The translations under genes were made by a program, and so were the position numbers. DNA of 64,000 nt from the human T2T-CHM13v2.0 reference genome, Homo sapiens, in the NCBI RefSeq assembly GCF_009914755.1, contig NC_060935.1. One strand, given 5' to 3'. The notes beneath the pieces are model-generated. The model searched no databases. It worked only from the letters and a program-made list of their open reading frames with translations, and was not told the DNA's origin. Shown piece after piece: positions 29,576-47,719 of this stretch (the stretch's first letter is position 1; every line of letters starts with the position of its first letter).

Positions 29576-31149
29576 CCTACAGAATCATACTAGTCTTTCC
29601 ATTTTTGGAGAACTAATCAATTTCTCTTCAGAAGGATACCCTGAAGTAATGGCTAAAACCACTTTACCCATAAAGTATATAATTAAGCAAGTAAGAGCTA
29701 GGGGAAGGGAAGCTATAAAAAGGAATACTAGAAATTTAAAGAGTTATATATAATTTTATCAGCTATTAGCAGGAACTGATGAGGCTTAGGGGCAGCACTT
29801 TTGATAACCTGCAAATACTGTTTCATCTGACATAGGATAAGCAGAAATCAGTTTTTATGACAGATGTTTATAAATGTTATAATTAAAAGGCACTGGTGGA
29901 TTAACTCAAAATCTTATGTGAATTTGTCTCAACTTCAAGACAAACTTCTAGAATCTCTAATAAATAAAATCACATACTCAGAAAAACAAATTTCAAGTTC
30001 TGTCGATTAACACCCTCCCCCAATTTCACTTGATTATTTTCCTTCAGGTAACAGAACTTTTCAGGGTAAGTTCATTTGTGCTTCTTGACTCCACAGGAAA
30101 GGAGTTGTTAATTTTTTCCCCAATTCCTATATTAGATGACAGAAGCACTAGATAAAAGCAGATGAGTAATAATCATTCACTGTTCATAGGGAAAATTAAG
30201 TTCAGAACTGATCTCTATCTTTAATATTCTTCTTGGTCAAAATGATACAATTTGTTTGGGCAAAGTGGGAGGGTTTTTTAAAAGGCGATGGAGGTGCGAG
30301 CAGGAGAAAAGGTGACAACTGAACAGATTAGTTGAAAACTTGTAGGGCCTCATTTCTCAGAGCAAAGGAATGTTTGGTGCTTCACTGAGAGAAACTAAGA
30401 ATCCCTCTCTCCTTTTCAGATAGAGCTAGGATGAGAGAGGTTAGCCAAACCCTGCTGATTCACACAAACATTTGCTTCCTAAACTTGGGAGTAAATCAAC
30501 TTTGGGAAACATATCTTCTGAAAACATAATTTTGCAGGACAGCCTCCCATCTAACCAGCTACCATAAAAAGATACTAGTTAAACAGTAAACTTCTTTTTC
30601 CTGTCTGGTTCTTATACCCTAATCTGTTGGGGAAAAAAAGAAGTGAAGGAATATATGATTTGGCCTGTCATTTAACATATTCAACATTTTAAAAAGGAGA
30701 AATCCAAAACACCATATTAATATCAACAACGATAATGATAGTTTATAGACAATTTTTAAATACCAAAAAATTAAAAAATAATTTATAATTCACATTTGAA
30801 ATAAATTACATTATTTTCTGTAATGGATTTACCCTTCTAATAATGTATTGCTTTGGCAAAGAGTAAAATTATTTTTGTACTCCTAGCCCTAAAGCAGGCT
30901 GCTAGCTAGGGTGGCAAAGGGAGACTTTTCTAAAATAATCCACAGAGCCAGTAACAAGCACTAATGATGTATTATAACTTCATGGTATTTCAGCATGCAT
31001 ATACCTTTAGATATACATTATCCTTAATTTACATTAGTAGAGGAAAGTGTTATAGAGACAGACATTGTTAACTTTCTTGAATATCCATTCTTCTCCACCC
31101 TTTCTCTTCCCTGATAACAAAAAACAGTTTTGTTTAGGTATCTAGCTTC

Positions 31150-31612
31150 CAAATGCTCAAGGAAAAAATCTCCAGCTCCAGGACACAAATCAGTCTTGGA
31201 CTCCTCCTTCTTGCCAGGAACTAGGCATTGGCATATGACAGAACTGTGGTCAATGAGATGCAAAGTCTGTTGAAAGGCTTCTAATTAAAGTTTTCCATAA
31301 TCATAAAAAGAGATATTTAATAAGAAATGGTCCTTTTTTGCCCCAGGATGTTGATGTGTGAAGATGTAAAGCCTGGCACCACAGCAGCCATCCCATGACA
31401 ACAGCAGTGGTTGCCGACATGCTGAGCATGGCAGTGCTGAAAGATGACCAGAATGAATATGGGTCCTGATAGTGTTGCTGAGCTGCTGAACTGAGCAATT
31501 CTAGCAAATTCTCCTTATTTGAATCAATAAATTCACTTACTATCTTAGCCACTTTTAGTTGGACTTTCTAACTACAACTAAACTACAGCTAAAAGCATCT
31601 GTACTGATACAA
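31150..31612 (+). mobile_element. Old MaLR/ERVL LTR remnant (MLT1J/K-like)
   Basis: gtggtcaatgagatg...cagcagccatc...cttagccacttttagttggactttc...actgataca. Confidence 0.55.
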
Positions 31613-32406
31613 TTATAACATCTATATTACAGTTGAGGAAACCAGCTCAGAGAAATTCAATGGACACAAAGCCTGTCAGTGACTAGCACAGCCAGGACTA
31701 GAATTTACTCCTTTTCTTTAACAAAAGTTGTTTAAGCGCCACTGTGTGTGAAGCACTAGGGTATAAAGCGGGTGTATAAGGGTGAAGGGATCACAGTTCA
31801 CAGAGGCTCACAATCTAGAGAGGAAGAAATGACACACAAACAAATAGTTAAAAGATATGTGGTAAGAGCTACACAAAAGTCACAGAGCAAGGAGCTACTG
31901 GCTCACAGAAGAGAAACCACCTGACTATGCCATGAGATGTTAGGGCGGGCACATCCAAGAGATGACAAACTTTTTTTCTTTAGTGATTTAAAATTTCAAA
32001 AGACAGCTTCCTGTGAATCTGTAATTATTTCCAAGTAAAAAGTTTTTTACTACTTCAAAAGAAAGGGATATAGTCTCATAAACATGTTGAACAAAATAAG
32101 CCAGACAGAAAAAAGTAGGCTCTATTTTATTTGATACACAGGCAACATTAGTCTATGCTGTTAGAGGTAACAAAGGTAGTTTCTCTGGTAGAGGAGGTAG
32201 TGAACTGGGGAAGGACGAAGGGATTTATGTTGTGACAGTGATATTCTGATTACTGATATAGGTATTAGTTACCTAGTGGTTTCAGTGTGTAATAATATAT
32301 TTGAGCCATATGTACATACATATAAATATATATTAGATATTTATCTGTATGGTATACCTCAACAGTTTTTAAAAATTAATATGTGTTCCTTATAAAAAAT
32401 AAATTC

Positions 32407-32725
32407 AGCCAGCCATTGTGGCTTGAACCTATAATCCCAGTTACCTGGAAGGCTGAGTCAGAAGGATCACTTGCCAGGAATTCAAGACCAGCCTGGGCAA
32501 CAAAATGAGAACCTGTTTCTAAAAAAATAAAAATAAATTAGCCAGGCGTGACAGTGCATGCCTGTAGCCCCAGCCACTTGGGAGGCTCAGGTGGTAGGAT
32601 TACTTGAGCCCAGGAGTTCAAGACTCCAGCGAGCTATGATTGTACCACCGCACACCAGCTTGGGCGACAGAGCAAGACCTTGCCTCTAAAAATAATAAAC
32701 AAACAAAATAAAAATAAATAAATTT
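32407..32725 (+). mobile_element. AluJ
   Basis: Diverged dimeric Alu with an AAAT/AAAC-rich tail. Confidence 0.92.
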
Positions 32726-33699
32726 AAATAACAAAAGCATATATAAAGTTAAACGTGCTAGCTCTCTTGAACCTCACTTCTTAGAGGCAATCACTGTGAA
32801 TGGTTCTGTGTAAACAATTCTAGATAATCTAGACTTTTTCCCATGCATTTTCAAGTATAAATGACCATGAATGCATAAATACAAACACAGTTTTTTAGTA
32901 TTTTGCATTTTAAACTAATACTGAATTATACTGTATGTCTGTTTTACAATTTGCTTTTTTAACTTTCTATTCATCTTTCCATTCAGTTAAGCACCTCATT
33001 ATTTTTTAACAGCTACATGTTATTCCATAATATGCATATATAGCTAATGTATTCTTTACTAATGCACCTTATGTATTACTTACTTATGTATTACTTACTA
33101 ATGCACCTTGATTCAATCACATTTGTTTTCAAATTTTCTTTTGTGGGGATTTCTGTACTATGTTGTCCTGTAAGGGGGTCTGCCGGAAGAAAGGTATAAG
33201 GTGACCCTAGGTTTGCACTATGCAAAGAAGACAGGTAAAAACATCCCAGGTTGAAGAAACGACACAGCATAACAAGTATCTGAAAAGTCTAGAGGGTAAG
33301 GTATGTATGAGTTCAATGGGGAGGCGGGCATGAGTGAGAAAATGAAGGGTTTTCTGAGGTAAGTGACGTAGTAACATTGCAGAAGAGACTTGTTTCTAGA
33401 TGTATCAAGTTTTCAAACTGGTGGCCCCAGACTCATTTACTAGTTTATACAACTTCACTTAATAAAAACTGTCCTTTTCTGAAACTAAGATAAAGCTGCT
33501 CTAAATTGGAATAGAGTTAATAATGGCACTGAACTCTCCTAAAACACTGAAGTAGGAAATAATAATAAGAATATTCCACCCCCCACAAAAAAAAAAAAAA
33601 ACTGAATTGAATCATTTAAATGGGAATTTTCTTTTGATGGTGAACCCTTGGTAGGGACATCCTTGGCCACCTTACCAGCTTTCTGAGGGCATAATGAAT

Positions 33700-34160
33700 T
33701 AATAACATTCAAAAACACTTGCTGCTCATCTACCATTCTAGACTTGAGGGGTACAAATGTGAGCAAGACACAGTCCTTGCCTGTGAGGATCTTACAAATA
33801 ATTACAATACAACTTGATGAGTGCAAATAAGTACCACAATGAGCGCCAAATAAAGTAGGCACAAGTACCAAGTACCATGAGTACACAGAAGAGGAGTGTC
33901 TAACTCTGCTTGGAAGGTAGAAAGAAGTCAAGAAAAGCTTATAGAAGACCTTGCTTAAGCTGAGTCTTCAAAGGATACATAGGAATTAATCAGGTAAAAA
34001 GGTAAGAAAATTCCAGGTGTAGAGAAGAGGATGTGTGAAGAAGGCACAGTCTTGAGAGAGCCCAGGGAGTAAAGGTGACAGCAGAGAATTTATGGGGTAT
34101 GTATGAGAATGAGTTGCTAAAGGTATCAGTGCTAATGAGCTTGAATGCCTTGTAGGTCAT
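33700..34160 (-). mobile_element. L2 remnant
   Basis: gagcaagacacagtccttgcc...gctgagtcttcaaaggatacataggaattaatcagg...ccttgtaggtcat. Confidence 0.6.
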
Positions 34161-34892
34161 AACCAGTCACATGGAAGTAACACTGCCAAGATTTTCATTC
34201 TCTGCATCCTCCACGGGCCTAGTATCATGCCTTTCACCAGAGTAAACTCTCAATAAATATATGTGGAATAAAACAGATGAATCAGACTCTGAATGATAAA
34301 GAAGTCTGAAAAGCACAGATCCTAGAGAAAAGGGAATAAATGGGAATGGATTTTTTGAAAGCATACATATATATAATATATGCACATTATTTGAAAGCAC
34401 ATGATATAGTAGAGAGGTGGTGTCAGTTATATTGGCTCCTAAAAAGCATTCGTTATTCACACTGCCTATCACTCAAAAATTAACGTTCTCCAAAGAGTGG
34501 AAGAGTCCCTAAACATTCTGAAATACAGATATGTTCTATGCAAAAGAAAAAAGACAGATACCACAGGCTTGAAAAACATTCCACAAACTTGGCCTTTGAT
34601 TTGATATTCATAGCTTGAAGCAACTGCTCTCAGCTAAGCAATAGATGAGCAAAGTGGAAAAAAAAAATACAGTAGATTCCAGTCAGTAGATTCTAGTAGC
34701 CCAGTGTCAACATATATAACACCTGATGACAAGGGCTAAGAAATTCAATTTGAATTTTAAAAGTCATTCCATTTGCCAGCACCAAAAATACGTTATTAGG
34801 ATAAACTTACAAGAGGATTGCTCTGCCTTAACTCAGCAAACTGATGCATCTGGTACAAGTCACCAACTGACTTGATTTCCTCTGCCATACTC

Positions 34893-37540
<2,648 letters not shown>

Positions 37541-38135
37541 TAAGTACTGGCAGTGTTGAAAGCCACTCAATAAAACACTAGTTTCTGATGCAGAATTGTT
37601 AGGGTAATAGGTGACCAACACATCCAGTCATCACACATCTAGGAATTTCTCCTAAGACCATCAGAGAGAAACACGCATTCATATAAAAGGGTATATCTAT
37701 CAAAGCAATATTGATAATAGCCAAAAAAAAAACTGGAAACACCCTATCATCAAGAGAAGAATAGTTTTAAAAAATCATGATATAGCCAATTATGCTAATA
37801 TTTAAAGCTGTTAAAAATCATGTTCTCAAAGAACACTCAAAAATCTAAGAAGATTTTCATAAGTTAGTTTAAAAAGCATAAAAAGCAAGACACACCGTTC
37901 TATAAAAAAATTACAATATAAGCAGAGCAAAAGATCGGGTGGATAAAATAATTCATTTAAAGAATATAAGTGCCTCTTCTGTGTTAATATTCTATGTTAA
38001 ATATTATACTAAATATTATACTAGGAATAAAAAAGCAAATAAAACAAACACGTTCCCTGACTTCCTGAAACTAACAATCTAATAAGGAAGACAGATATTT
38101 AAAAAATAGTAATCCTACAGATACAGATATGCTAC

Positions 38136-38615
38136 TGTAATAGAAAATGCTAATTATTCCCAGTATTTATTTCCCAATTCTTACTCAGTAATAGTCCTTG
38201 AATTTTATCTGGCCATGACTACCAGCAATAAACTACCTACATTTTCCAGACTTCCTTGCTCCTAGCAGGGGCCACATGACTAAGTTCAGGCCCATGGGAT
38301 CTAACTGGAAGTGGTGCATGCAACTTCTAGTAAACATCCTTAAAAAATAAAGGGCTTGCTCTTTGTTGCTTCTCCCCCTTCTTACCAGATGGAGCAGCTA
38401 TTTTGGACTATGATGTGAAAGCTGCATGCTGAGAATGGCAGAGCAACAGAATAGGAGGAACCTGGGTTCCCTGACATCGTGGAACCACTCTCAGCAGCCC
38501 TAGCCCTAGGGGGACCTATAGAACTTTTAGATGAGACAGAAATTAAGTTTTCCCTGTTTACATTACTTTCATTTTGGGTTTTCAGTCATTCACAACTGAA
38601 TGTCTAAATGGAATA
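38136..38615 (+). mobile_element. ERVL-type LTR remnant (LTR33/LTR16-like)
   Basis: acattttccagacttccttgc...ggccacatgactaagttc...gagaatggcagagcaac...cctgggttccctgac. Confidence 0.6.
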
Positions 38616-39050
38616 ACTATGAAGGAAAAGTATGGTTCAATGTGAGATAATAATAGAAACAGTTGATTTTGACTAGTGGAAGGAGTGTCAGGGATAGCTC
38701 CTCTGAGGAAGTGACATTTAAGCTATGACATGAAACCTCACCAGGAGGCCACCAGGTAAAGGGAGATAGGGCAGCAAACTGTTCAGGCTGGGGAAACTGA
38801 AGCTGCAACCACGATGGCTTAACCCTGAAGCACCACAGTAACAAGCAACAAACTTCGGAATGTTAAGATTGCCTCTACAAGAAAGCAAAATGAAAGCAGA
38901 GAACTAGAGCAACTAAGTGCTTTGGCTCCATATCAGAATATCTCCATAAAAGATCACATATGCCTATCAAAAAATCAGGGTGTGGGGAGTGAGAATGAGA
39001 GTGAATCCTGTTAAATAAATTAATAGTTGCTTCCACACTTCAGCATTACA

Positions 39051-39383
<333 letters not shown>

Positions 39384-40350
39384 TCATTAGATTTTTAAAT
39401 GTGAACTATGCCTGAAACAGACAAGAGCTTGATGTTAAAAAAATTTTTTAAATCTTATTTCTTGTCTATTTCTGATCCTAAAAGCGAAACGTAATTTATT
39501 GTGGAGCATTTAGAAAATATACATAAGAGTATACAGAAAAAATAAACCACCTGTAAACTTAACCACCTTCCAATATTTTATACTGACACTGTTTTTGCAT
39601 ACGTTTACACGCCCACATACATATATACACAAAATAAACATAAAAATGGGACTGTAATGCACATAAAGTTGTGTATACTCTCACTTATTATTTCAGAGCA
39701 CATTCCTGTATCATTAAAATACTTTCCAAAACCATGATCTTAATGGCTATATAACATATAATTTATGTAGCCAATCAAGTCAGGGATTTTCTGAGTTAAA
39801 ACTGTCAGCCACAAATTGAAGCCCTGCAGGTCAAGAAGCTGACTTTGAAATCTGCCAGAGTTTCTTTCAGAAATCTCAAGTTACACTTTAAAAGCACTAG
39901 ACCCTTCCAACCAAGAATTCAGTGAAATTCACTGAGTTTTAGTCATGAAGGATGCTCACTAAAGGCTGTATTTTCCCAAATGGAGCATACGATTACATAG
40001 TTTCAAGGGAGAAACTGAGTAAGTATCAAAGATTGAAGTGGCAACAGTGAATAAGAACTAGTGTCTACCGCAAGAAATAGTGACTATCTGCAATGGTTTT
40101 GTCAGATGCAAAAAAAAAAAAAGTTGTCAGATGCAACTTTTTTTAATAAAACAAAAGAAGAGAATATATGAGTCCATTATTTGTATAATTAAAGTTTTCT
40201 AATAAATATTGAAAAAAATGATTACAGAAAAATGCACAAAGAAAAAGAATAGAAGCAAATATGACAAAGGGTTAAGTGTGAAATATGACATTATTCTTCA
40301 AACTTTTCTGTATTTTAAATTTTTCTAACAAAAAATTAATGTTAACTTAA

Positions 40351-40804
<454 letters not shown>

Positions 40805-42742
40805 TAAACTAAAGAGTAATATCACATGTTGAAAATAAGTCTGAGGACGGATGAGCTTTTGAACTTTACAGCTGTGCTTCCTTCAAGTATTAGCCTACCT
40901 AAAAATGATATTTTTCTGTTCCATCAAGAAGGTTGTTTTAACAGTTAAGGAAATATAAAAATTGCAGGACTGGATTTCAGTTTCTAACTCTAGTTTTACT
41001 TACTTTGTATACCTAAAGTTTTCCTGATGTTAGACATTTTTTAAAATTCCAGTTTCTGAAATGCAAACTTAGTTCAGAGAACAATTAGAGCTTGCCACTT
41101 GATGAAATGTCTTAACATAGATAGTTGCAATTTTCTATTCAGTAAGGTCCCTAACAGAAAAAAGATTAAAGAATAAAAAGTTACAAATAAACCAAATCTA
41201 TGTTAGTTCTCACAAACAAAAATTTCGAGTAGATGTAAATTTCCAAAAATTGTCCCACTTTCCCCAAATGTAGTCTTAAGTTATCTTAACTTTGCAACAG
41301 CATCCCCCAACCCCTACTCCACTAATCAGTTCTCACCTTCTTCCCCTGCTGGAACACGTGAATTTTTCAGCAAATGTGACTCATTCATTGGCGTCTTGTC
41401 AAACTAACCCTGAAACTATAAGGAGGCTCAGCGCTAACAGAATTCTAAAGCTAGAACACTTTCACTAACACACATCATGTTGACTTTAGAGAACTGAATC
41501 ACATTCAGAGCCAAATACATACTAACCGACTCTGTTTATATTTTTTCTTACAAATTGTTCTCCACCATCCCACCTCCTCCCAATTTTAGTTTGGCAATTC
41601 CCTAATCTAAAATACCTCCTGTCTGTGGAGAAGACAAGATGGGGACGCATAAGAATAGGAGGGAAGAATATAAAGCAGTTGTTCACTCAGCTTGGAAGAT
41701 GATTCTATTCTGAAACATTAATGATTCATATCTCTTCCACATAATTCTCAAAGTTTATTTCTCCCCTCAGTTAAATGAAAACACAATAGAAACACAATAA
41801 AAAATCTCCAGAAATGAATTATTCTCATTGTTATTATTTCACTAAATAACATTAAATAACAACATAAAAATCAGTTATTGAGAACTATTTAGTCAAAAAT
41901 CCTCAATAAAATGTCACTGGCATGAAATATCAACTGCAAATCACCTTATTCTTTTGATTAATATATTCACCTACTCCAAGACAGAAAACCACTCTTTCTA
42001 ACCAGAGGGAGAGTGGTGGGGAAGAAACAAGAAAACAAATGCTTTGTGGGATTACCATAAACATTTACTTATAGCTCTATCAATTGCCACACTCCACCTG
42101 GTGGCAGGCACTGCCTGAATTGGTAAAGTGGAGGTCATCATACAAAAAATTCCAAAGAATATTTTCCAGGTGTCCTTGGAAAAAAGCAAGATGTTCTTCT
42201 CCTGCCCTATATAGAATAAGTCTAATAACATTTCACCGAAGTTTTTTCACGTAATAGTAGGTCAATATCTAATAGAGATTAACATAAAGGCATGACCATA
42301 CTTAGAATGGGAAACCTACATTTAGAGCAATCTACTTACAAGAAGATTCTCTCCACAGTAAGTTTAATGTCAGCTCAAGGCTTTAAGACAGGTAACAAGG
42401 TACACGCAGCACCTACAAGATTCTCTATCACCTATTCTCACTAACTGCCTTTACCCCATCCCCTATAGGTAAACTATAGAGTTTAATTAACACAGTTAAC
42501 GGCAGCCTGCCACATTGCTTTTAGGTATTTGCCAGTAACATATAACCATGGGATACTCTAGAGACTGATTTCAACCAAAAATAAAAATAGATAAACAGAG
42601 CTCAAACAAAATTAAAACCAAGTCTGGCTGCCCACACTTATTTTCACACATGAGGAAAAATAGCAGTTCTCTTAGAAGCCTCGAGCAGACATATCTTTAG
42701 AACACAACGTTAAAAATATGCCCCCCTCCCCTTTTCCCCTAC

Positions 42743-42808
42743 CTGTTTCTCACTCAAAGCTGTGATTTTGGCTTGGAGTTCATGAAGCTGTTTCTTTAAG
42801 TCAGCATT
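42743..42808 (-). CDS. PHF21A: PHF21A 66-nt coding exon, [22 protein letters not shown] (coiled-coil/leucine-zipper-like)
   Basis: ttttctttccaatcag|AATGCT...AAACAG|gtaggg; phase 0-0; heptad-spaced L/I residues. Confidence 0.96.
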
Positions 42809-43895
42809 CTGATTGGAAAGAAAAAATATCTGTGAGAAAGATATTTCATTTGTTAACAGAATAGTAGCAGGAAGACTATGCATACTGCATTACAAATGAT
42901 GAAGCAACCCGAAGCATTTAGCCAATCAAATCTGTCATGCATTACACTGTGGCCATAATACCATCACCTAATGCACAGATCCTAAATACAGGCTCCTTGC
43001 ACCAAAACAGGAGCAGCTCCTCTGCAACTGTTTTAAATTACATGAAGTTTTATATTTGAGCATCTTGTACGGTAAGAGTACCTGTCCACTAAAATATTCT
43101 TATTCTTTATAGAAAGTATCCATTGACAGCAAACCCAAAGCTCCACTAATCACACAAAAGTAGGAAAATGGAGGTTATAAGTATGCACACACTACATGCT
43201 TTACAGCATTATCAACAAAGATAAGAGGTTTTCTCCACTTGCCCTCTCCCTTATTTAGCAAAGTACATTTGTTATTTTAGCCTAGATCTGAAAAGCTGTC
43301 AGTACTGCAACTGCCTTAACACTACATCATTCAAATTAACACACTGACTACCAGGGCATTTTCTCAGTTCTAAAATTCTAGGAATCAAAAAAAGAATACT
43401 ATTTTAGATGAGATACACAGAGCATGATTGCCTTTTACTAAAGTAGGCAAAAAATTCCAAAATTAAAGTTTTCAAATGCTTAATGTAGCAGGACAGCCTA
43501 CTAGCAGACTGAACACCACCCTAATGAGAGACTGCTTTTACTTGATTTGTCTCACATACAATTCTTTCAATTTACCCTGCTTGGTCTTCTGTCAGGGTTA
43601 GGGAACACATCTTCCTCGTCTATTAAATTTGGTTTACTCCGTGTGGACTTTTTTATTAGTGTATTTGACATAAGGCTTCTCCAATGAGATCACCCACACC
43701 TGTTGTCCAACAAGTTACTGTCCTGCCTACCTCAGATTCTTCAGGTTAAGACAATTCTGTTACATGATCACCAACTATAACAGAAATGATAGTTTCTAGT
43801 AACATTTCACAGTTGCTGATAATGTAGTTTACCACATTAAATAGGAAAGGACCTGTTAATCTAAAGTCTACCACCTCTTGGTTCCCTAAATCTAA

Positions 43896-44077
<182 letters not shown>

Positions 44078-45122
44078 CTAAATCCAATTTAAATTGTGAC
44101 TATACCAAAAAAAAGAAGAAAAAAAAGGAGAAGTTTCTCACGGAAGTAGGATCATTCAAAAGGAATAAGTATGGGCTACCAATGCCAGCTCTCAGAGTCA
44201 AAACACAATAGTTAGACCTGAGTTCTCAATTTGTAGAGATAAGTGTTATTTTTTTACTTCCAAAAATCAATGTGCCTCAGTACCATTCTTCAATCAAAAA
44301 CTTGATTTTACTTTACAGTGAAGCCTGTATGTACTGTTTATCAACCCAGATATAGATATAGATATAGATAAAGATATATTTGATATTTGATAAACACTCT
44401 CCATACTTATGACCTAGTATCTAATGGTTACAAAAGAGACAATGCCCAATAATAAATATAATTATCAGAAGACAAGGTAAGTTTTTAGGAAAACATCTCT
44501 TCAGAAATACAGAATAAAATGCCTAAGTGAAAAATGCCTATGAGAATTTAAAGAAAAGTTAACATTCTCTGTTAATTTTTCTGTTAGAAAGTAACATAAG
44601 GTACTTTTTAACCCTCCTTTAAGGGTTCTTTCAAAAATAAAATTTTCTAAAATGCTTCTTTTAAAAAATACTCTAAAATTCTTACCCTGAACATGGAGAA
44701 TTCAGTACTATTCAAATGTTCTATAATATAAACTCCAAGTAAATAAAAATGGTTTGGGGTCTCTTTTCATAATATTGGGATGACAGAAAGCCTCAAAAAC
44801 TCTGATTTTGAATAAGTGGGTTCATGGAAATGAATTTAAGCTATATGACAAGTATTAACTCAATATTTTTCTCTAAAATACTCAAACCAATTAATATGAC
44901 ACCAAAATAATAGTAACAAAGATGAAATAATAGCTATATTAAAATAGAATGAATTTTTCTAAACCCTTATAACCTGAAGATCAATGTATTAAAAATAATT
45001 GCTATTAGAAATGAAATAATTCTTAAAAGTTAAGTACCATCTATATTTAAGTATTTTATGGTGATTTTATTTTAAATTATTTTTAAATTTAACAATTAAA
45101 TGAATAACAATAGTAGTTTTAC

Positions 45123-45155
45123 CTGTGGATCCTGCTTCATTTGAGCAACCAGTTT
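45123..45155 (-). CDS. PHF21A: PHF21A 33-nt coding exon, KLVAQMKQDPQ
   Basis: Pyrimidine tract ending tctctttattaccag|AAACTG...CCACAG|gtaaaa; phase 0-0; continues the known protein. Confidence 0.96.
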
Positions 45156-45818
45156 CTGGTAATAAAGAGAGAAAAAGAGCCATCAGTCTTACATATTAAC
45201 TCCCTATGGCTAATCAGGTTTGGACCAAAAAATCTAGGATTTTAAGTTAACACAAAAAAAAGAGCAACACCACAATCAGAACAGACTAAAACCTTCTGTG
45301 ATCCATGTAATAGGCTCAGGAGACACTTCCTTTAATAAAAAAATCAAACCACCACTTTATATTTGAAATGAAAAAGTGCCTGATTTTTAAATCTGGACAG
45401 AGACGGGTGACAGTGGCTCCGAAAGGAATTTAAGCAAGCTGGATGCTCCAAAAGCCAAGCATCCCTTTCAAATGTTGTCAATGTCTAGAGTCCCAAACAA
45501 GGCCTGGAAAGAAGCTGGCCCCACACAAAACCGGCCTGTTCATACACAGAGCAAAGTACAGATTTGGCAGGTCTATTGGTTTGTTTCTTACCACAGAAGG
45601 AGCTTAGTGTCCCATGTGACTTTGCCACTGTCTTCTCTCAAGAAGGAGTTCGGTGCAGGGGAGGATAAGTTCAGTGGGGCAGTGATGCTCAGTTTTTGAG
45701 AACAAGGAAGTGCAGGAACAATACAAAACTCTATCTAACTCGATTCCTCTGGGAAAGAGTGCTACCCAATACTGAATGGAAAAGATCTTTACTAGGGAAA
45801 ACAGAAGCCCAAACAAAT

Positions 45819-45901
45819 GGAAAGGAAAGGAAAGGAAAGAGGAAAGGAAAGGAAAGGAAAGAGGAAAGGAAAGGAAAAGAAAGGAAAGGAAAGGAAGAAA
45901 A
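45819..45901. repeat. (GGAAA)n purine-only pentanucleotide microsatellite
   Basis: About 80 nt of only G/A in imperfect GGAAA units. Confidence 0.97.
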
Positions 45902-46154
45902 ATGAATGTCTTTTGACCTAACCCAACTTCTAAAGACATCGCTGCCCAAAGTTAACAATAACCATAGACAGAAGAATATGAAGGATAAAGGAACATCAGA
46001 AGTCCTAAAGTATCTGGGAATAAGCTATTACCCAAGTCAATTTTTCATCTAATGGAAAAATTTGTCACTCTCTTTTGGTGACAAGGCACTTTTAAATTGT
46101 TTAGTTGTAAAATAAAACCTTTCTAAAATATACTATATATTTATCTAACTACTA

Positions 46155-46440
46155 CTTTTTTTTTGAGACAGGGTCTTGCTCTGTCACCTAGGCTGGAGTA
46201 CAGTGGTGTGATCATGGCTCACTGCAGCCTTAACCTCCTGGGCTTAAGTTATCCTTCCACCTCAGCCTCCCGAGTGGCTAGGACCCCAGGTGCACACCAG
46301 CACACCTGGTTAATTTTTTAATTTTTTGTAGAGACAGGGTCTTGTTATGTTGCCCAGGCTGGTCTTGAACTCCTAGGCTCAAGGAATCCTCCCGCCTCAG
46401 CCTCCCAAAGTGCTGAGATTAAGGTGTGAGCCACCCGCCC
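46155..46440 (-). mobile_element. AluJ
   Basis: Reverse Alu with J-type gatcatggctcactgcagcct. Confidence 0.94.
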
Positions 46441-46625
46441 TAACTTCTTAAAAAGAAGAAAAAAAATTTAAAAATCAAGCTTTTATTGATACTTAGAGGA
46501 ATGATTATATTAATATACTAAACTATAAACAATAGGTTCCTTACAAAAAAGGTCCCAAACTACTATGTGTTAAAGTTCTTAAATCCACATTGTAGTTTTC
46601 CAGTCCACTCCTTAACGTCAAGTAG

Positions 46626-46951
<326 letters not shown>

Positions 46952-47719
46952 CTTGCTACTATTCTAACAACCCTGAAACCCAGCTCAAATTTGCTGTTTC
47001 AGACCTGCTGTGTGGTACGCTCACTGGACTAATTTTAAAAAGACGAGTGAATAGGTTGTAATAATCTAAGAAACCCTCCTTTAGTAAAATGTATAATCTT
47101 TGGTGTATCACTTCAGACATTTATTCTAATTAATCAAAAGTCTTTCTCCCTGATGCTAAGACACATTTTAGATAACTGAAGTTGCCAACCATGGGACCTC
47201 CAAATACACAAGGTATGTGTCACTATATGACTTCATACTTAATGGTAGTAGCTCTTCTATATCCTAGTCTTAACCTACAAAATAGAAACAATACATATTC
47301 CAAGAGTTTAAAGGGGACTGAAACACAAGGTTTTATACACATACATTTTTACATTAATGCTAGCCACAGTCTTCAATGAAAAAAGCTCTTGATTTTCCTT
47401 TTTGATTTGGTTACCAGAGGGTTGGCTACTACGCTGTAACGTTTTAGAAGCTGAAAAAGGTTTTCTTCCAGACACTGGAATTTAAAAATTCACTGATAAC
47501 CACATGAAGTCTTCACCTCTAGAGGAAATAAATAAGCCAATTTTTCTATCTGTAAGCAGTTAAACTGCATTTCAGACAATCAGGGGTAGGACAGGACGAG
47601 CTGGCCAACTTACTGGACCATCCAAATCCCTAGTAACTTTAAGCTGACATTGTGTTAACAAAGTTAGGTTACTTTCCGCCAGAATGCGGCAATATTTCTT
47701 GAGGATATACTTCATGCCA

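Noticed and set aside
45604-45958. K/E/R-rich and F/L/S-rich ORFs
   Set aside because: They are translations of the GGAAA microsatellite.
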